Shown in pieces: positions 57,657 through 57,915 of a stretch of DNA of 57,915 nt. Under the pieces are notes generated by a model. The model was given only the letters and a program-made list of their open reading frames with translations, did no database searches and was not told where the DNA came from. The stretch lies in NCBI GenBank assembly GCA_023205875.1, contig CP060772.1, positions 372,001 through 429,915 on the forward strand, in the 5' to 3' direction. Source of the stretch: Chloropicon primus. Taxonomy: Eukaryota. Position numbers and translations under genes: made by a program. Each line of letters starts with the position of its first letter. Position 1 is the first letter of the stretch.

Positions 57657-57915
57657 TTAGGTTTAGGCTTGTAGGTTGTTAGGTTGTTAGGTTTTAGGTT
57701 TTAGGTTTAGGTTTTAGATTTTAGGTTTTAGGTTTTAGGTTTAGGTTTAGGTTTTTAGGTTTTAGGTTTTAGGTTTTAGGTTTAGGTTTTAGGTTTTAGG
57801 TTTTAGGTTTTAGGTTTTAGGTTTTAGGTTTTAGGTTTTAGGTTTTAGGTTTTAGGTTTTAGGTTTTAGGTTTTAGGTTTTAGGTTTTAGGTTTTAGGTT
57901 TTAGGTTTTAGGTTT
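57657..57915 (+). repeat. telomere (TTTTAGG)n with degenerate proximal units
   Basis: Perfect TTTTAGG tandem repeat to the end of the window, G-rich strand running 5'->3' toward the end. Confidence 0.97.

Overview
A eukaryotic, GC-rich, gene-dense and intron-poor chromosome end that terminates in a (TTTTAGG)n telomere. The plastid-type genes (homogentisate solanesyltransferase, DUF4336), short GT-AG introns and telomere motif point to a compact green microalga; a Chloropicon-like prasinophyte is my inference and is unverified. About 27 protein-coding genes are supported, including a NIPA transporter, Nup160, HST, RuvBL1, DCAF7/LWD, SLC25A39/40, phosducin-like, DSS1/SEM1, a DEAD-box helicase, an STK16-like kinase and a purple acid phosphatase. 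The most striking unexplained signal is non-coding. A degenerate palindrome (GGTATCGTTGGAAAG-N13-CTTTCCAACGATACC) recurs about 30 times, and every copy I found lies 5' of a gene. In five divergent promoters it forms a four-site array spaced about 177 / 225-245 / 177-192 bp, which resembles a sequence-encoded nucleosome/NDR architecture. One such unit is amplified as a 177-bp ABAB tandem array. Other notable items are an inverted BRCT paralog pair with apparent gene-conversion tracts, a YqaJ-type nuclease next to an AT-richer triple HARE-HTH-like gene, a 19-copy compound minisatellite and a short subtelomere. All calls come from reading the sequence by eye, with no database searches.
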